In this document: piece after piece, positions 31,688-43,116 of the stretch
Numbering within the stretch: position 1 is the stretch's first letter
Layout of the letters: each line of letters begins with the position of its first letter
From: Epithemia pelagica
Taxonomy: Eukaryota > Protista > Bacillariophyta
Assembly: GCA_946965045.2 (NCBI GenBank)
Contig: OX337237.1
Span: 1,612,001 to 1,676,000, forward strand
Reading direction: 5' to 3'
DNA length: 64,000 nucleotides
Position numbers and translations under genes: made by a program
Notes under the pieces: model-generated
What the model was told of the DNA's origin: nothing
The model's database searches: none
Seen by the model: only the letters and a program-made list of their open reading frames with translations

Positions 31688-34600
31688 ATGAGCGCTACGA
31701 CCACCACCAAGACCACCGCCCCGCCAATGAATGAAGACGATGCGGCCTGTCTTTCGCAGTTGTTGAAAGCATTGGGAGCCGGTGCTCGAGCCGTTCAAGC
31801 CTTGCCTTTGTCCACGACAAAAAGCAGCAACACCAAGGAGCGCGAGTCAAAATTATCCAACAACAACAACACCAATATCCTACTCGAGGACGATGATGAA
31901 TTTGCCTTTGAGGCATCCTTTCCAGAATTTGCGGCGGCCTTGTCACAGGCTCAAGAATCGGAACGGAATGTGTTGATTTTGATTTTGCACGAGATTGCGT
32001 CTCATACGACGGCGTTGGATTTTGAAGAATGGGATAGCAGCAGTTCCACTGGAACCACAACGGCCGAACTCTTTGAACTGTCCGCCACGGCCTGTGACTG
32101 GTTACTGGAACAAGTGGAAGTGTACTTGAGTCAACCCTTTCAGCTACAGGCCCCCTCTAATAACATCCACACCAATAATACCACACAAAAGCAATTGACG
32201 GCCTGGTCACAAACGGCTCGTCAGAAATCACAGTCAGCCTGGTCCACCATTTTGAACAATGTTGTGGAAATGGAAAAACCCCAACGCAAATATCAAATGA
32301 CACCGCCCTGCAATGGACGAGGACAAATTTTTCGGCCAGCTGTTCATCTGGACAAACCATTTGGTACAATCAAGGACGACAAATCCACCTTGGTGCTGCA
32401 GGACGGCCATGGATATGATACCTGCCATGGAACCTTACTCTCGTCCAATCAGGCTCCGAAGTATGCGGATCCCTTGTTGGTCCTACCATCTCAACATATC
32501 CCTCACTATTATCAGTCCGAAATTGAATCCTTTGTGGCCACCGATTGGGAATTGCAACCGTTGACGACCAAACCCTTGTCGACACCACCACCCTTGCTGT
32601 CGTCGTCGTCGTCGGACCAAGAGAAGGCACATGGGGCAACCTGGATTGATACACCCATGGCGTTGGAAGAATTTGGTCGTCGATTGTCCTCCTTGTCCTC
32701 CTCAAAGAGTTTGAAAATGATGGCATTGGATCTGGAGGCCCATTCGTATCGAAGTTTTGCGGGTATGGTTTGCCTGATGCAATGTACCTTGATCTTGGAG
32801 GATGCGACGGCGGCATCATCACCAGAGTGTGGCAAGAATGATGCACCACCATTGTCAGATTCTGGCATTTTGGAGAGTTATTTGATTGATACCTTACAAT
32901 TAAGTGCCAAAAGTCTGAACCGGACACTGCAAGGTCCCTTGGCAAATCCACACATTGTCAAACTGTTACATGGTGCCGATTCCGACATTGCCTGGTTACA
33001 ACGCGATTTTGGATTGTACATTGTGCATTTGTGGGATACGGGACGAGCAGCGCGGGCCCTCCAATTTCCATCCGCTTCCTACGCCTATTTATTGTCCCGT
33101 TATTGCTTGTCGGTGCCACAACAAGAAAAAGGTCCTCAGTCGTCACGACTTGAGAGTAGCGTCGATTCAACAACAACCACGCTTGTCCGTTCGATTGTAC
33201 AGGGCAAACAGCAATTCCAATTGAGTGATTGGAGACAGCGGCCCTTGCCCTTGGATATGCAACAATATGCGGTGGCCGATACACACTTTTTGGCCCACAT
33301 TGCCCATCATTTAAAATGGGAGTTGCAACAGAAACAGCAAGCCAATACGAATAATACACTCATGATGGAGGTGTTGGATACGAGTCGACAGGTGTCATTG
33401 ATTCGATATCCGGGGCCTCCTCTCTTTAGTCCAGTCGGATATCGAAAGCTTTTGTTGGGGTCAGGGGGGAAACGAAGCCGGAAACGAAACAGCAAGCCAC
33501 ATCAACATCAGTATACGCCTTTGCAAGAATCAGTGTTGAAAGCTCTCTGGGATTGGCGTGATTCTACTGCGCGAGAGGTAGATGAATCTACTGGTTATAT
33601 TTGTCCCAATACAACCTTGCTTCGACTGGCCATGGTCATGCCATCGTCGGCGCCGTTGCCGGGCAATTTGAAATTACCAGACTCTGATTTGGAGTCAAGG
33701 GTTGTAACAGTCATACAAACGGCTGTGAAGCAATTCACCAGCACCGAGGCCGGTCGTGGTGCGGGGCAGGGGGGACAAACAGGCACAGATGCAACACTGA
33801 CGGGACAACAACGGGGAGCATTCGGGGGATCGAAAGGAGATAATGAGTTTGAGGATAATGAAGATGAACTCGCTGGCAATGGAGACGACGATGATGATGA
33901 CGAAATCGATGATTTTGATGGCATGGATGACGAAAATGATGATGCGGCTGACATGGAAGGCGCGAATCTAGGGTCTGGAAATGTCCCATCCAAATCATCA
34001 GCCTTTTTTAAACCGACAATGGATGCCGCAAAAAGGAGGGGGATGATGAGTCCAGTTCTGGGAACTGAAGCCCTGTACAAACAAGCGGGATGGATGACTC
34101 CTCAAGAAGAGGCAGGCAGTGTCCCAGCAGCGGCATCAGGAACTTCCATGGACACACCTGCTCTCTCTCGGTCTGCCAGTCTGGGTGGGGGTGTTGTGAG
34201 TGCCTTGGGGGCTTCCACATCTGCATCGAATGTAGGAGACGATGAAGACGACGATGACGAAGACGACGAAGAAGATGAAGTAGAAGAGATCCAGACAACA
34301 GCAAGTGAGGGTGATCACGAGCCTCGTAGGATGGTGTTATCTATTGACACGTCTGTTTCGTCGACGACGGCGGCCTTGGACCTGAAGGCAAATGTATCTG
34401 GGCGACGTGGACGCTCCCGAGGAGCCTCCACCACTTCTTCCGTAACGGCGGATGGATATGCAAGTGCTCGGGCAGCCCGAGAAGCATCCAAATCTCCTCT
34501 GGGTGGAAGCAGAATATCCATGTCCATGTCATTGGAAGACGATGTCCACAATGCTCGTCAGTCATCTTCTCAGATCCGCTCCGATTTACTTGAGTCGCAT

Positions 34601-35737
34601 CACATGAATGTTCTGGGATTGTTGGCGTCGGCCTCGGGTGTCGCAGGAGATGGGGAAGATGATCTCGAAGATGATGACGAAGAAGAGGAGGACGAAACTG
34701 TGGGCGCTCCTTCTGGGGATGGGGATGACAAATTGACTAGTGTTGAATCGTCGCAAGAGAAACATGCAGCATCGGGATCGAGGGACGTCACTACCGCGGC
34801 AACGGGGACAGCGGAAGAAGAGTTTAGTATACCTCGTTCTATGAGAGAAATATACAAGATTAGTAATCGCAATCGAAGACACAAGAAGACAGGTTCGCCC
34901 GTTCCGCTGGCCGAACGCGGTGGAACCGTCCCACCATCAAATGAGAAGGAACTAATTGAATTGGAAAAGGCTGAAGCCCTGCTCCAAGAACGTGGGATGG
35001 ATACCGCTGGATTCTTGTTCACAGCCACGTCGAACGAATCAAGTGGAGGAGGAGAAACCAACACCAGTAAGAAAAGCACCAAGAGTCCCACGGGTATTAA
35101 CACGGAGGGAAGCAACGCGCCATCTGCTCCTGCAGCGCCAGATAGAGGTACGCTTGCAGCATCTTCTTCCAATAACAGCCAGAAACACCAAGATGACTTG
35201 TCCTTTTTCCGTGGAATTGGTTGGATTCTAGCAGGAGAAAGTGATTCCAGTGTAACAGCTGGCTGTTATGCCCAGTCGTCCAATAGCGCGGCGGTCATGT
35301 CGGCGGCCATGCCTTCGGCCATGATGGAAACTTCCAAACATGCGGTTGCCGCAACCCCCGGGATGGTCATGGAACCTCCAGCCGCCCCAACATTTAATGT
35401 TGGTACTACGCCTACTACACATGCACCCTATGACTATTCCCAAATGGGCACGATGCCCTTACAAGCACCACTTTCAAACAACCCGTTTTTTGCGGGTGCG
35501 GCCTTGCAAGGAGGACCCCTGGCACAATCGTTTCGCGGAGAACCATCGTCGTCCCGTAAGAGCAGCAGTGAGACGCCGACTCGCGGAGCCTCTGCCGCTG
35601 GCACCACCACCTCGGCTACAAATGTCAAGTCCAAAGGGCGGGGAGGATCCACGACGAGCAACACAAACACCAATACTACGGAGCGTCCCGAGAAACGAGA
35701 CGGGAATCGAACGCATGTTTACCGGAGTAGTCGATAG
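31688..35737 (+). CDS. RRP6: Exosome-associated 3'-5' exoribonuclease RRP6/EXOSC10
   Basis: ALDLEAHSYRSFAG, KLLHGADSDIAWLQRDFGLY, DWRQRPLP..MQQYAVADTH, and HRDC LKALWDWRD..AR..DES..YICPN, followed by a long acidic low-complexity tail. Start chosen at the first plausible ATG; the ORF opens at 31547. Confidence 0.95.
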   Translation: MSATTTTKTTAPPMNEDDAACLSQLLKALGAGARAVQALPLSTTKSSNTKERESKLSNNNNTNILLEDDDEFAFEASFPEFAAALSQAQESERNVLILILHEIASHTTALDFEEWDSSSSTGTTTAELFELSATACDWLLEQVEVYLSQPFQLQAPSNNIHTNNTTQKQLTAWSQTARQKSQSAWSTILNNVVEMEKPQRKYQMTPPCNGRGQIFRPAVHLDKPFGTIKDDKSTLVLQDGHGYDTCHGTLLSSNQAPKYADPLLVLPSQHIPHYYQSEIESFVATDWELQPLTTKPLSTPPPLLSSSSSDQEKAHGATWIDTPMALEEFGRRLSSLSSSKSLKMMALDLEAHSYRSFAGMVCLMQCTLILEDATAASSPECGKNDAPPLSDSGILESYLIDTLQLSAKSLNRTLQGPLANPHIVKLLHGADSDIAWLQRDFGLYIVHLWDTGRAARALQFPSASYAYLLSRYCLSVPQQEKGPQSSRLESSVDSTTTTLVRSIVQGKQQFQLSDWRQRPLPLDMQQYAVADTHFLAHIAHHLKWELQQKQQANTNNTLMMEVLDTSRQVSLIRYPGPPLFSPVGYRKLLLGSGGKRSRKRNSKPHQHQYTPLQESVLKALWDWRDSTAREVDESTGYICPNTTLLRLAMVMPSSAPLPGNLKLPDSDLESRVVTVIQTAVKQFTSTEAGRGAGQGGQTGTDATLTGQQRGAFGGSKGDNEFEDNEDELAGNGDDDDDDEIDDFDGMDDENDDAADMEGANLGSGNVPSKSSAFFKPTMDAAKRRGMMSPVLGTEALYKQAGWMTPQEEAGSVPAAASGTSMDTPALSRSASLGGGVVSALGASTSASNVGDDEDDDDEDDEEDEVEEIQTTASEGDHEPRRMVLSIDTSVSSTTAALDLKANVSGRRGRSRGASTTSSVTADGYASARAAREASKSPLGGSRISMSMSLEDDVHNARQSSSQIRSDLLESHHMNVLGLLASASGVAGDGEDDLEDDDEEEEDETVGAPSGDGDDKLTSVESSQEKHAASGSRDVTTAATGTAEEEFSIPRSMREIYKISNRNRRHKKTGSPVPLAERGGTVPPSNEKELIELEKAEALLQERGMDTAGFLFTATSNESSGGGETNTSKKSTKSPTGINTEGSNAPSAPAAPDRGTLAASSSNNSQKHQDDLSFFRGIGWILAGESDSSVTAGCYAQSSNSAAVMSAAMPSAMMETSKHAVAATPGMVMEPPAAPTFNVGTTPTTHAPYDYSQMGTMPLQAPLSNNPFFAGAALQGGPLAQSFRGEPSSSRKSSSETPTRGASAAGTTTSATNVKSKGRGGSTTSNTNTNTTERPEKRDGNRTHVYRSSR

Positions 35738-37362
35738 AACGGGACGTGTCAATGGCATAGCTTGCGTACGACGATGTGGTCATGGCGCACCGACCAATGC
35801 CGGGACTGGTGGCAAGAAATAAGATGCACCTTACACAAGATTATTCCTTCTTGCTTCTCCTACAGTTTTGTGCTCCAACTAGTGTTCTATCATTTCACAG
35901 AGGTGCGCTGCCGTTGCCGTGTCATCAAAGCGCACCCACCAACAACACATCGAAAAGAGGAGCCAGCTACGGCGGGACCACGGTCCCATTCCCATCCATT
36001 CCTCTATGTTCGCTTTGCGTTTGGAGAGTTTTGAACGGTTGAGAATTGAGATAAGGATTTTCACTCCTTCAAGGTTTCCCTGGTGGCGTTCCGGAATTTT
36101 CTTGAGGAACTTTCCGAATTCCTTTAGCGCTACAACAACCCACAATTCGGTTTTGGTCCATCCTCCATCTCCATCGTGTACGTACGAAAACAACAACACA
36201 CACATCTCCGTCGCTTCACGTGCCGCCATGGACACCTTTTTCCGTTTGTGCTGTCTGTTGGAAATTGGAAATGGATGAGGGCTTGCGAGACATGCAAGCT
36301 CTGTGACTGCGCCGTCTTCCATCTCACAAGCGACGTGGAGGGCTTCCGGCACTTGTTATGGCAAGCACGTGCATGCTTATAGGTGAGGTGGAAGTGTGTC
36401 CTCCTTTCTCCGTTGTGACAGGTTGTGACAGATGCGCACCCCGGCGCACTTCCATTTTTTACTCTAGCAAATGGCTCTGGTTGAAATTTTGTATAGCCTC
36501 CGTGGAGTCTTGTCGGTTTAGAGGGGGCAATTGATCTACAGAGCCGTATTACTTAGGTTCCAGTCATCCTCTGAATAAGTAGGGCTTATATAATGGAATT
36601 CCGACGTGATGGAGCACGCCCTATTTAATCCTTTTTGGCGAGAATATATAAATTCACTTAACGGCTCACATATGCATGGAACATGCACATACGAATTTGT
36701 TTGATTGGCACTAAGTAGGCTGGCGCGCAAAAATTCCTGTCCCATCATAATTGCCGAAATATGGCCAGCTCGATCCTTGCACGCCGTCCGAGCGTATAAG
36801 CGCAACGCACTTTCCGTTGAGCGATTTTCGGACCACAAAAAGCAGAGCACAACTTCCCCTCCTCTCTCAACAAACTCACCACACACCATCGTCCGCCACT
36901 CTGTGAATTTTGGCCTTCGAGAGGAGACGAGGTGGTGTGGAAAAAGACACAGTTTCTCTTTGGCTCCTTCGTCTCCCACCACGCCCATCATACTATTCGT
37001 TGTGTTGTCGGGAACACAAGTCCGATGGACACAATTTATGCCAAACAGTGATCTGTTGACTTCGAGTGTTGGCAGTTCCAAGGCAGCAATCGTCTTTTGC
37101 ATCCTTTGATCCTTACGTGCACCACCACCTCCGCAACAGTTGAGTAGCGCCATTCTGGGAGCGTTGTGTGTTCAGACCGTTGCGCGGTGTACAAGGGGAG
37201 GTTCAGCAGCGACGTCACAGCGTTTGCGACGATTGCTTGTTGCCACTACCTAGACAACGCAAGCGAACTTCCTTGCAGCAAACAGGTTGGTAGTTGGTAG
37301 TGTATTTATTTCCCCCAGGATCAATTCTTCCCCTACAAAGTCACAGTAGTGAGTCTGGTGCC

Positions 37363-39096
37363 ATGGGCAAGGGTTCTGGGGCAACAACAACGGGCTATAT
37401 GAAAGGTGGTGACGCACTGACCGTTGCAACCCAAAATATACCTCACCATCCCCAGGAAGCTTGTCGATCTATCAGCCCTGAACGATGGCAAACTCGTTTT
37501 CGGCCCAAAGGGTTGACCAACGTGGGGAATACATGTTATGCGAATGCGGTCCTGCAATGTCTATTGTCCACCGCCTTGACTCAGACTTTGATGGACCCAA
37601 CCGCCATTTCCGTCTTTCGACAGTATTCGTTTAACCTCAAATTGTTGCGACAAGGGAGTGGATCGGTTGACTCTCATGATAGTACCGATAGCCCACGGAG
37701 AAAGTCGAAACGAAAGTCTGGAAAAAGGTCCTCTCGTAGCAATGCCGATTCCGAAATGGAGGATAAGTGTGCGTGGCTTACACAGGAACTGAAAAAGGTT
37801 ACGGCGCAATACGTATCCATAACGTCAAAGCACGATATGGAGCCTCCTTCACTGACTGATTCGTTCTCGAGCTTGTTTGTGACTCCACGAGCACCCGAGG
37901 TAAACCCTCAGTCGATTACAAGATATCCACATCGACTGTCTTCATGTTTACGGCCCTATCAACAAGAAGATGCCCATGAGTTTCTTCGAGCTCTCCTGGG
38001 AACCCTCGTGATGAATGGGAGAAACAAGGAACTGAGTTCTCTCTTTGATGGACTGATGGAATCCTCCATCACTTGCCAGTCATGTGGGAAACCTAGCCTA
38101 ACCCGAGATCGGTATATGGATCTCTCGCTTGATATTGCGGATGATCATATTGAGACTCTCCAAGATGCACTGAAACATTTCACCAAATCTGAGATACTAT
38201 CAGGAGACAACAAAGTGTTTTGCTCCAAGTGCGAGAAAAAATGCCATTTTTCGAAAGCACTGCGTCTTGCTACAGCACCCTCGATTCTCGTCTGCCATTT
38301 GAAAAGATTTGCATTCAACCAATACGGTGGTCTCACCAGATTGAGCAAGAAGGTTCAATTCCCGACTCATTTGGAAATTACAGACTACATGTCAAACTTG
38401 AATCAATCACGCCCTCCCTCGTACGAGTTGGTTGCCGTTCTGGTACACCAAGGACAATCATGTGAAGCCGGGCACTATGTGGCCTTTGTGAAGAGCGAAG
38501 GGGAATGGTTTTGTTGCAACGACAGGGAAGTTCATCGAGTCCCCGTGGAGAAGGTTATGAATCAACAGGCGTACGTACTCATGTATGAAGTAGAGTCTAT
38601 GCGTGAAAACCACGGTTTTCCATCTCCCAGTGGCACTCCTGTGGACGTGAATGTTATCGACACGCGCCACAGTAGAACTGAGCCGTCGCTTCTCAGTCAC
38701 CTCCTGTGCGCTCTGGACGAATCAACCATTCAAAGCATGTGCTGTGTCTTATCCGACGTACAGAAGGCTGGTGCAGCACAACAAGCACCTCTGAGTCCTC
38801 GAAGAGCACGAGACGATGCCGAGGTCGGTCGGCAACGGTCACATGACAATGGCCACTTTGATAGTCCAGCGCATGGGGAAGACTTCCGCATGAGTAGCAG
38901 CTCTGCAAACTTGGATATGGGTAAACGGAAGAGCAATGGGAACTCGTCAAGATCGAGAAGATTGTCTGGAACCGACAGCGATCTGAGACCTCCAAGACCC
39001 AAGTCGTACACGCCCCACCGACGAACTCCGTCTCTAGATCGAATACGGAGGCCACCTAGACAACCACCTGGCCGTTATCAGTCCTCCCTTCACTAA
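37363..39096 (+). CDS. Ubiquitin carboxyl-terminal hydrolase (peptidase C19, USP36/42-like)
   Basis: Cys box GLTNVGNTCYANAVLQCL, QQEDAHEFL, zinc-finger CQSC/CSKC, His box LVHQG..EAGHYVAFVK and WFCCND. The 5' end is uncertain. Confidence 0.95.
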   Translation: MGKGSGATTTGYMKGGDALTVATQNIPHHPQEACRSISPERWQTRFRPKGLTNVGNTCYANAVLQCLLSTALTQTLMDPTAISVFRQYSFNLKLLRQGSGSVDSHDSTDSPRRKSKRKSGKRSSRSNADSEMEDKCAWLTQELKKVTAQYVSITSKHDMEPPSLTDSFSSLFVTPRAPEVNPQSITRYPHRLSSCLRPYQQEDAHEFLRALLGTLVMNGRNKELSSLFDGLMESSITCQSCGKPSLTRDRYMDLSLDIADDHIETLQDALKHFTKSEILSGDNKVFCSKCEKKCHFSKALRLATAPSILVCHLKRFAFNQYGGLTRLSKKVQFPTHLEITDYMSNLNQSRPPSYELVAVLVHQGQSCEAGHYVAFVKSEGEWFCCNDREVHRVPVEKVMNQQAYVLMYEVESMRENHGFPSPSGTPVDVNVIDTRHSRTEPSLLSHLLCALDESTIQSMCCVLSDVQKAGAAQQAPLSPRRARDDAEVGRQRSHDNGHFDSPAHGEDFRMSSSSANLDMGKRKSNGNSSRSRRLSGTDSDLRPPRPKSYTPHRRTPSLDRIRRPPRQPPGRYQSSLH

Positions 39097-39360
39097 TGAT
39101 CGCATGAGGCTTTCACATGGACCAAGAGGCAAAGATAGTCCGTCTGGAACGATCTGTTAACAATAGAGTAATATCAGATATTTCTCAGTTTTGAAGATAC
39201 CACGCATCTCATAGTTGAACATTCAAGAAGAGTTTGTTGGGATCATAGTTACGGTGTCTTAGGAGTACAGCTTATCAGTATGCTGAGGAAGACAAGTTGA
39301 GATGTAAGCGGGAAGCAACGATGACCAGAGAGTCTCGTATCATGGTGGTAGACTCCAGGA

Positions 39361-40212
39361 CTAAAACACGGCTTCTCCATCACCCCCTCCATCACTATCA
39401 TCATCGTCTTCAGAAGCATAGTAGTCTTGATTGTAGTCATCACCTTCATCTTCCATTGCGTCATCAGCGCCCAGAATATCCTCATCGTGTTCTTCTTCGT
39501 CTGGATCTCTTGCTATTTGTGATTCTGGATTCTCATCACCACTTTCTTTTCGCGACTTTTCCCTTTGTTCCCATGTATCTAAATTATTTGTCCTTTTGTT
39601 TCTCAGTTTGGACTTGTCATTGGCCGCTTCAGCTGCTGCCTTGCGTTTCCGAGCCAGCAGCAACGCCCGAGAAGGGCCCAGTTCCGATGGTACGTATCGT
39701 TCATCATTCGATAGCTTCTTCCCCATGGCTTCCAAAACAGCAGCATCGGGGTCCAGGGGTTGATGAAGACGCTTATCGTTCAAAGATCGATAGCTGTAAT
39801 TTCTAATAATGTCCGAAGCTGGACGAGCCGTGATAAAGTATGGAGATGCAGCAAAGCGTTCCATGAATTCTCGTTGTTTGTTCACGAGATTGCGCGTGGA
39901 AGCACTTCGTTTTGTGATTTGCAATCCTTCGGGTGATGTGGTTGATTCCGATGTTGCTGCTGTTGCTGCAGATGGATCCCTTTTTAGTGAAGACGACATG
40001 GCTCCATCGTTGCTATTGGTCGTGACACTATTGCGTGGATCACCGCTAGAGTGCCACACAAAGTCCGCGTACAACGTTGGCCGAGTGAGATCCAAAATGG
40101 CATGTCGTTCGTCCAATCCTGCTTCCTTGGCTGATCGCTGAAGCATCAGCTTCGACTGTGATAAAGGAGCACCTCCCCGTCCACGTCCTCTACCTCGTCC
40201 CCGTCCTGACAT
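39361..40212 (-). CDS. POLR3G: RNA polymerase III subunit RPC7/RPC31
   Basis: Starts MSGRGRGRGRGRGG; contains PTLY, F..SPYFI, YVPSEL and an acidic tail DDYNQDYYASEDDD, the Rpc31 family pattern. The longer ORF from 40467 is not supported. Confidence 0.85.
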   Translation of the reverse strand: MSGRGRGRGRGRGGAPLSQSKLMLQRSAKEAGLDERHAILDLTRPTLYADFVWHSSGDPRNSVTTNSNDGAMSSSLKRDPSAATAATSESTTSPEGLQITKRSASTRNLVNKQREFMERFAASPYFITARPASDIIRNYSYRSLNDKRLHQPLDPDAAVLEAMGKKLSNDERYVPSELGPSRALLLARKRKAAAEAANDKSKLRNKRTNNLDTWEQREKSRKESGDENPESQIARDPDEEEHDEDILGADDAMEDEGDDYNQDYYASEDDDDSDGGGDGEAVF

Positions 40213-40415
40213 GATGCTCCTTTGGTATGGTAGGAAAAGATCTCTCCACGTTCCACGTCTGGTTGTTGCCTGATCTCTTTTGTCATGTGCATGACATCTA
40301 TCCGCGATCGGATACAATATCCCCGAGTCCCGAGTGCGACGTAAGCTGCTTCTCGTCCCACGTCGACGTCGCCATTTAAACGGTGTTCGTGTTCTTCTGT
40401 GTTGGCTCGCTGAAA

Positions 40416-41539
40416 CCCTCCGACTAGGTGTCCGCTTCTTAGCCCCCCAGCCGCTCTCCGCGACCAACCATTTTTATCTTGGTCTTTTTGCGTTTTAGAA
40501 GAAAATTTCTGGTCAAAATGAAAAAGACCACGCCGGCCTTCTAGATCACACTTTCAAAATTTTGTGAGCAGGCGTGCGCACTTTGACCGTTGGTCTTCCC
40601 CATTCTTGATTGTCCCACATTATTTTCACCACGCACCTTTTGCCATTGACAATGGATATGCACCATCACAATGCATTCTCCATCATCTGCACACCATGGA
40701 CATTTGACATATAGACCATAGATATTGTTTTGCTCTACCGCCATCCTTTCTTTGTTTTTTCTAGGAGAAGTGTGGTTGTTTCTAGTGTTAGTGTCCGTTT
40801 AAAAGTGAACCCTCCTCCACAACACCGTGCCGTTGCCGTAGGCTTGTCTCTTTGCAACCACTTGACTTACTACAGTCCTATTTTAGAATACGTTTCTTTC
40901 GAGTTCCGTTATGAAGTATGTTGAGTGAAGAGTCCCCTGCACTGCTGGGAAAGACATGTCATGCTCATGGCAATAAAAAAAGAATAAGAGGAGCAGGTCG
41001 ACATCACAATCGACTAGAGACGACAGAGGAAAAATGGATGGCTTCCTCCACTTATCCTATCTACTCCTAATTGAGGTCTATAGCTCTATTTTGTCCTATA
41101 AGAATCCTACAAATGATGCCAGCAGCATCGACCAAAATGGATGTTATTAGGCACAAACAAATGACACACTATGGCAACGTAGTGACAGCCTAAAACTAAA
41201 CATTGTCCATTCCAATGCAACTATTAGTCATTCCAGAACTTACCATGCTGGATGTGCAGTGACAAAGATGAGATGAGATGCCCAGGGACGAAGCATGCCG
41301 TTTTTGGTGTTGGTTTGGTCATTGCCTCGTTTTGTTGCCTTCATCGATTTTGTGGCCTGTGAACCTACCGAGAACACTATTTTGAGTCTTGTTGAGCAGA
41401 ACGCCTGCCATCTTCCAACTGTCACAGCACGCCAGCCTTTCCACCGATGGATGTGAAATTTCCATTCATTTTTTGTCTGTGAGATTGGGTTTGTTTTGCC
41501 CGAACAGACGAGCTAAGAAGCGGACATCTAGTCGGAAGG
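40416..41539. mobile_element. ~1.1 kb non-autonomous TIR element (MITE family A, copy 2, inverted relative to copy 1)
   Basis: CCCTCCGACTAGGTGTCCGCTTCTTAGC (from 40416) and GCTAAGAAGCGGACATCTAGTCGGAAGG (to 41539). Interior blocks 40640-40870 and 41030-41450 are reverse-complement homologs of 23150-23360 and 22560-23000. Confidence 0.75.
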
Positions 41540-41620
41540 TAATGTACTCGTATTTTGAAATCCCCTCTGATGACGACAGGGAAAGATCTGAATGACGGAA
41601 GAGTGAATGAACCATGAACC

Positions 41621-43116
41621 ATGACGGTCTGTACTGAAGATATCGAAAGCACCGATCCAGTGACCGACCAAGTGCATGAGAGCACAACGACTAAGAATAT
41701 GACAACGAATGACGTTGTTGCGCTAGAAAATGAAGCAGAGGTAGAACAGGCTCCATTACTTGGAGAAGACGCTGAAGTTTACGATGTTGTGAATGAATGG
41801 GCCCAAGGCACCAGTATTCACGGGCTGGCCAATGTGATGGATCGCAACACATTCAAGTGCTGGAGACGGTTGATTTGGCTGAGCTTGGTGTTAACAAGCT
41901 TTGCATTCATGGTATGGCAGATTGGAACGCTTGTCGCCGAATACACAAGCTATGACGTCCAGACAGATATATTCACGGTATACCCTTCTTCCCTTAGCTT
42001 TCCGGAAGTGACAGTTTGCAACATGAACAGATACAACTATTCAGCGCAAACTACCCTCAACATCACCGAACCCAAAAATCTTGAGGAACTGCGATTGTTG
42101 GCACAACCATTGGAAGACCTGGTTTTATTCTCATCATTTAATGATCAACCGTTGGATATTTCGATAGCATGGAAAGAGGTTGTGACGTCGTACGGTCTAT
42201 GCTACCAATTCCATACAGATGAGAAGATCTATGTACCAGGGATATCCGGAGGTACGTATGGTCACTGATTGTCATTAGGCGTATGGAACACTGAAGTTTG
42301 CTTTGATCAAACCGTACTGAACAACAGAGTTGTCACATTGCTTATACAGGCTTTATTGTACGGCTTAACCTCAACCAAGCGATCTATTCACCTCTCCAGA
42401 TTGAATCTGGATTTGCCATTTTCGTCGAACAACCAGGAACACCTATCAACAACCAGCTACCCTTTGAGGTTATCAGACCGGGAAAAATATCATATGTACG
42501 ACTGCGAACATCGATCGACAACCGTGAGCGAAAGCTGCCATGGAAGCGATGCTTCAGTGAAGCGCCAAAATATTCAAATGCTCGATGTGTAGATGAGTGC
42601 GCCAACGAGGCTGTTCGGGAAACCTGTGGATGTAAGTTGCAACACGACCCTCTGGAACCTGACATGGACTTTTGCACGTTGGAGGATTGGTCAAAGCCAC
42701 CTTGCAATGTTTTTGTTGGAGCAAAGCACAGTGATACCTTTGCGCTGTGTGAATGCAGCGATCCGCCATGTTCGGAAGAAAAGTACATGACCACAGTGAC
42801 GGAGATTGACAATTCAGAAGCATACCTGGCAATGCTTGAGGAGCTGTACAATTTGACGACGGCTGAATTTCTTCGCAATTTTGCCTCTGTTCGCATAAAC
42901 TTTGATGTGATACAGTATGACGAATTCAGAGAATCAAAGGCTGTCTCAAGCGCTCAACTGCTGGGTTCAATTGGAGGTTCGATGGGGTTATTCTTGGGAA
43001 TCTCTGTACTGAGTGTATTCGAAGTCGTGGGCGATTTATTGATGATGAGGCTTATCCCTCGTCGATTTGGAGTTCGACAACTGTACGGTATCGGTTCTAG
43101 ACCGACTGGAAGTTAG
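41621..43116 (+). CDS. DEG/ENaC (ASIC-like, amiloride-sensitive) channel, copy A; one frameshift as assembled
   Basis: Pre-TM1 WAQGTSIHGL, TM1 LIWLSLVLTSFAFMVWQI, FPEVTVCNMN, Cys-rich thumb, TM2 LLGSIGGSMGLFLGISVLS. Intron at 42252-42349. A 1-nt loss in the T-run at 42461-42464 relative to copy B. Confidence 0.9.

Noticed and set aside
35879-37153. ORFs 35879-36352 (-), 36536-37153 (-), 36705-37109 (+)
   Set aside because: No family motifs, mutually overlapping, and no splice model; real small genes cannot be excluded.
40213-40467. N-terminal extension of POLR3G in the ORF track
   Set aside because: It starts within a MITE TIR, and the family-typical start MSGRGRG is at 40212.
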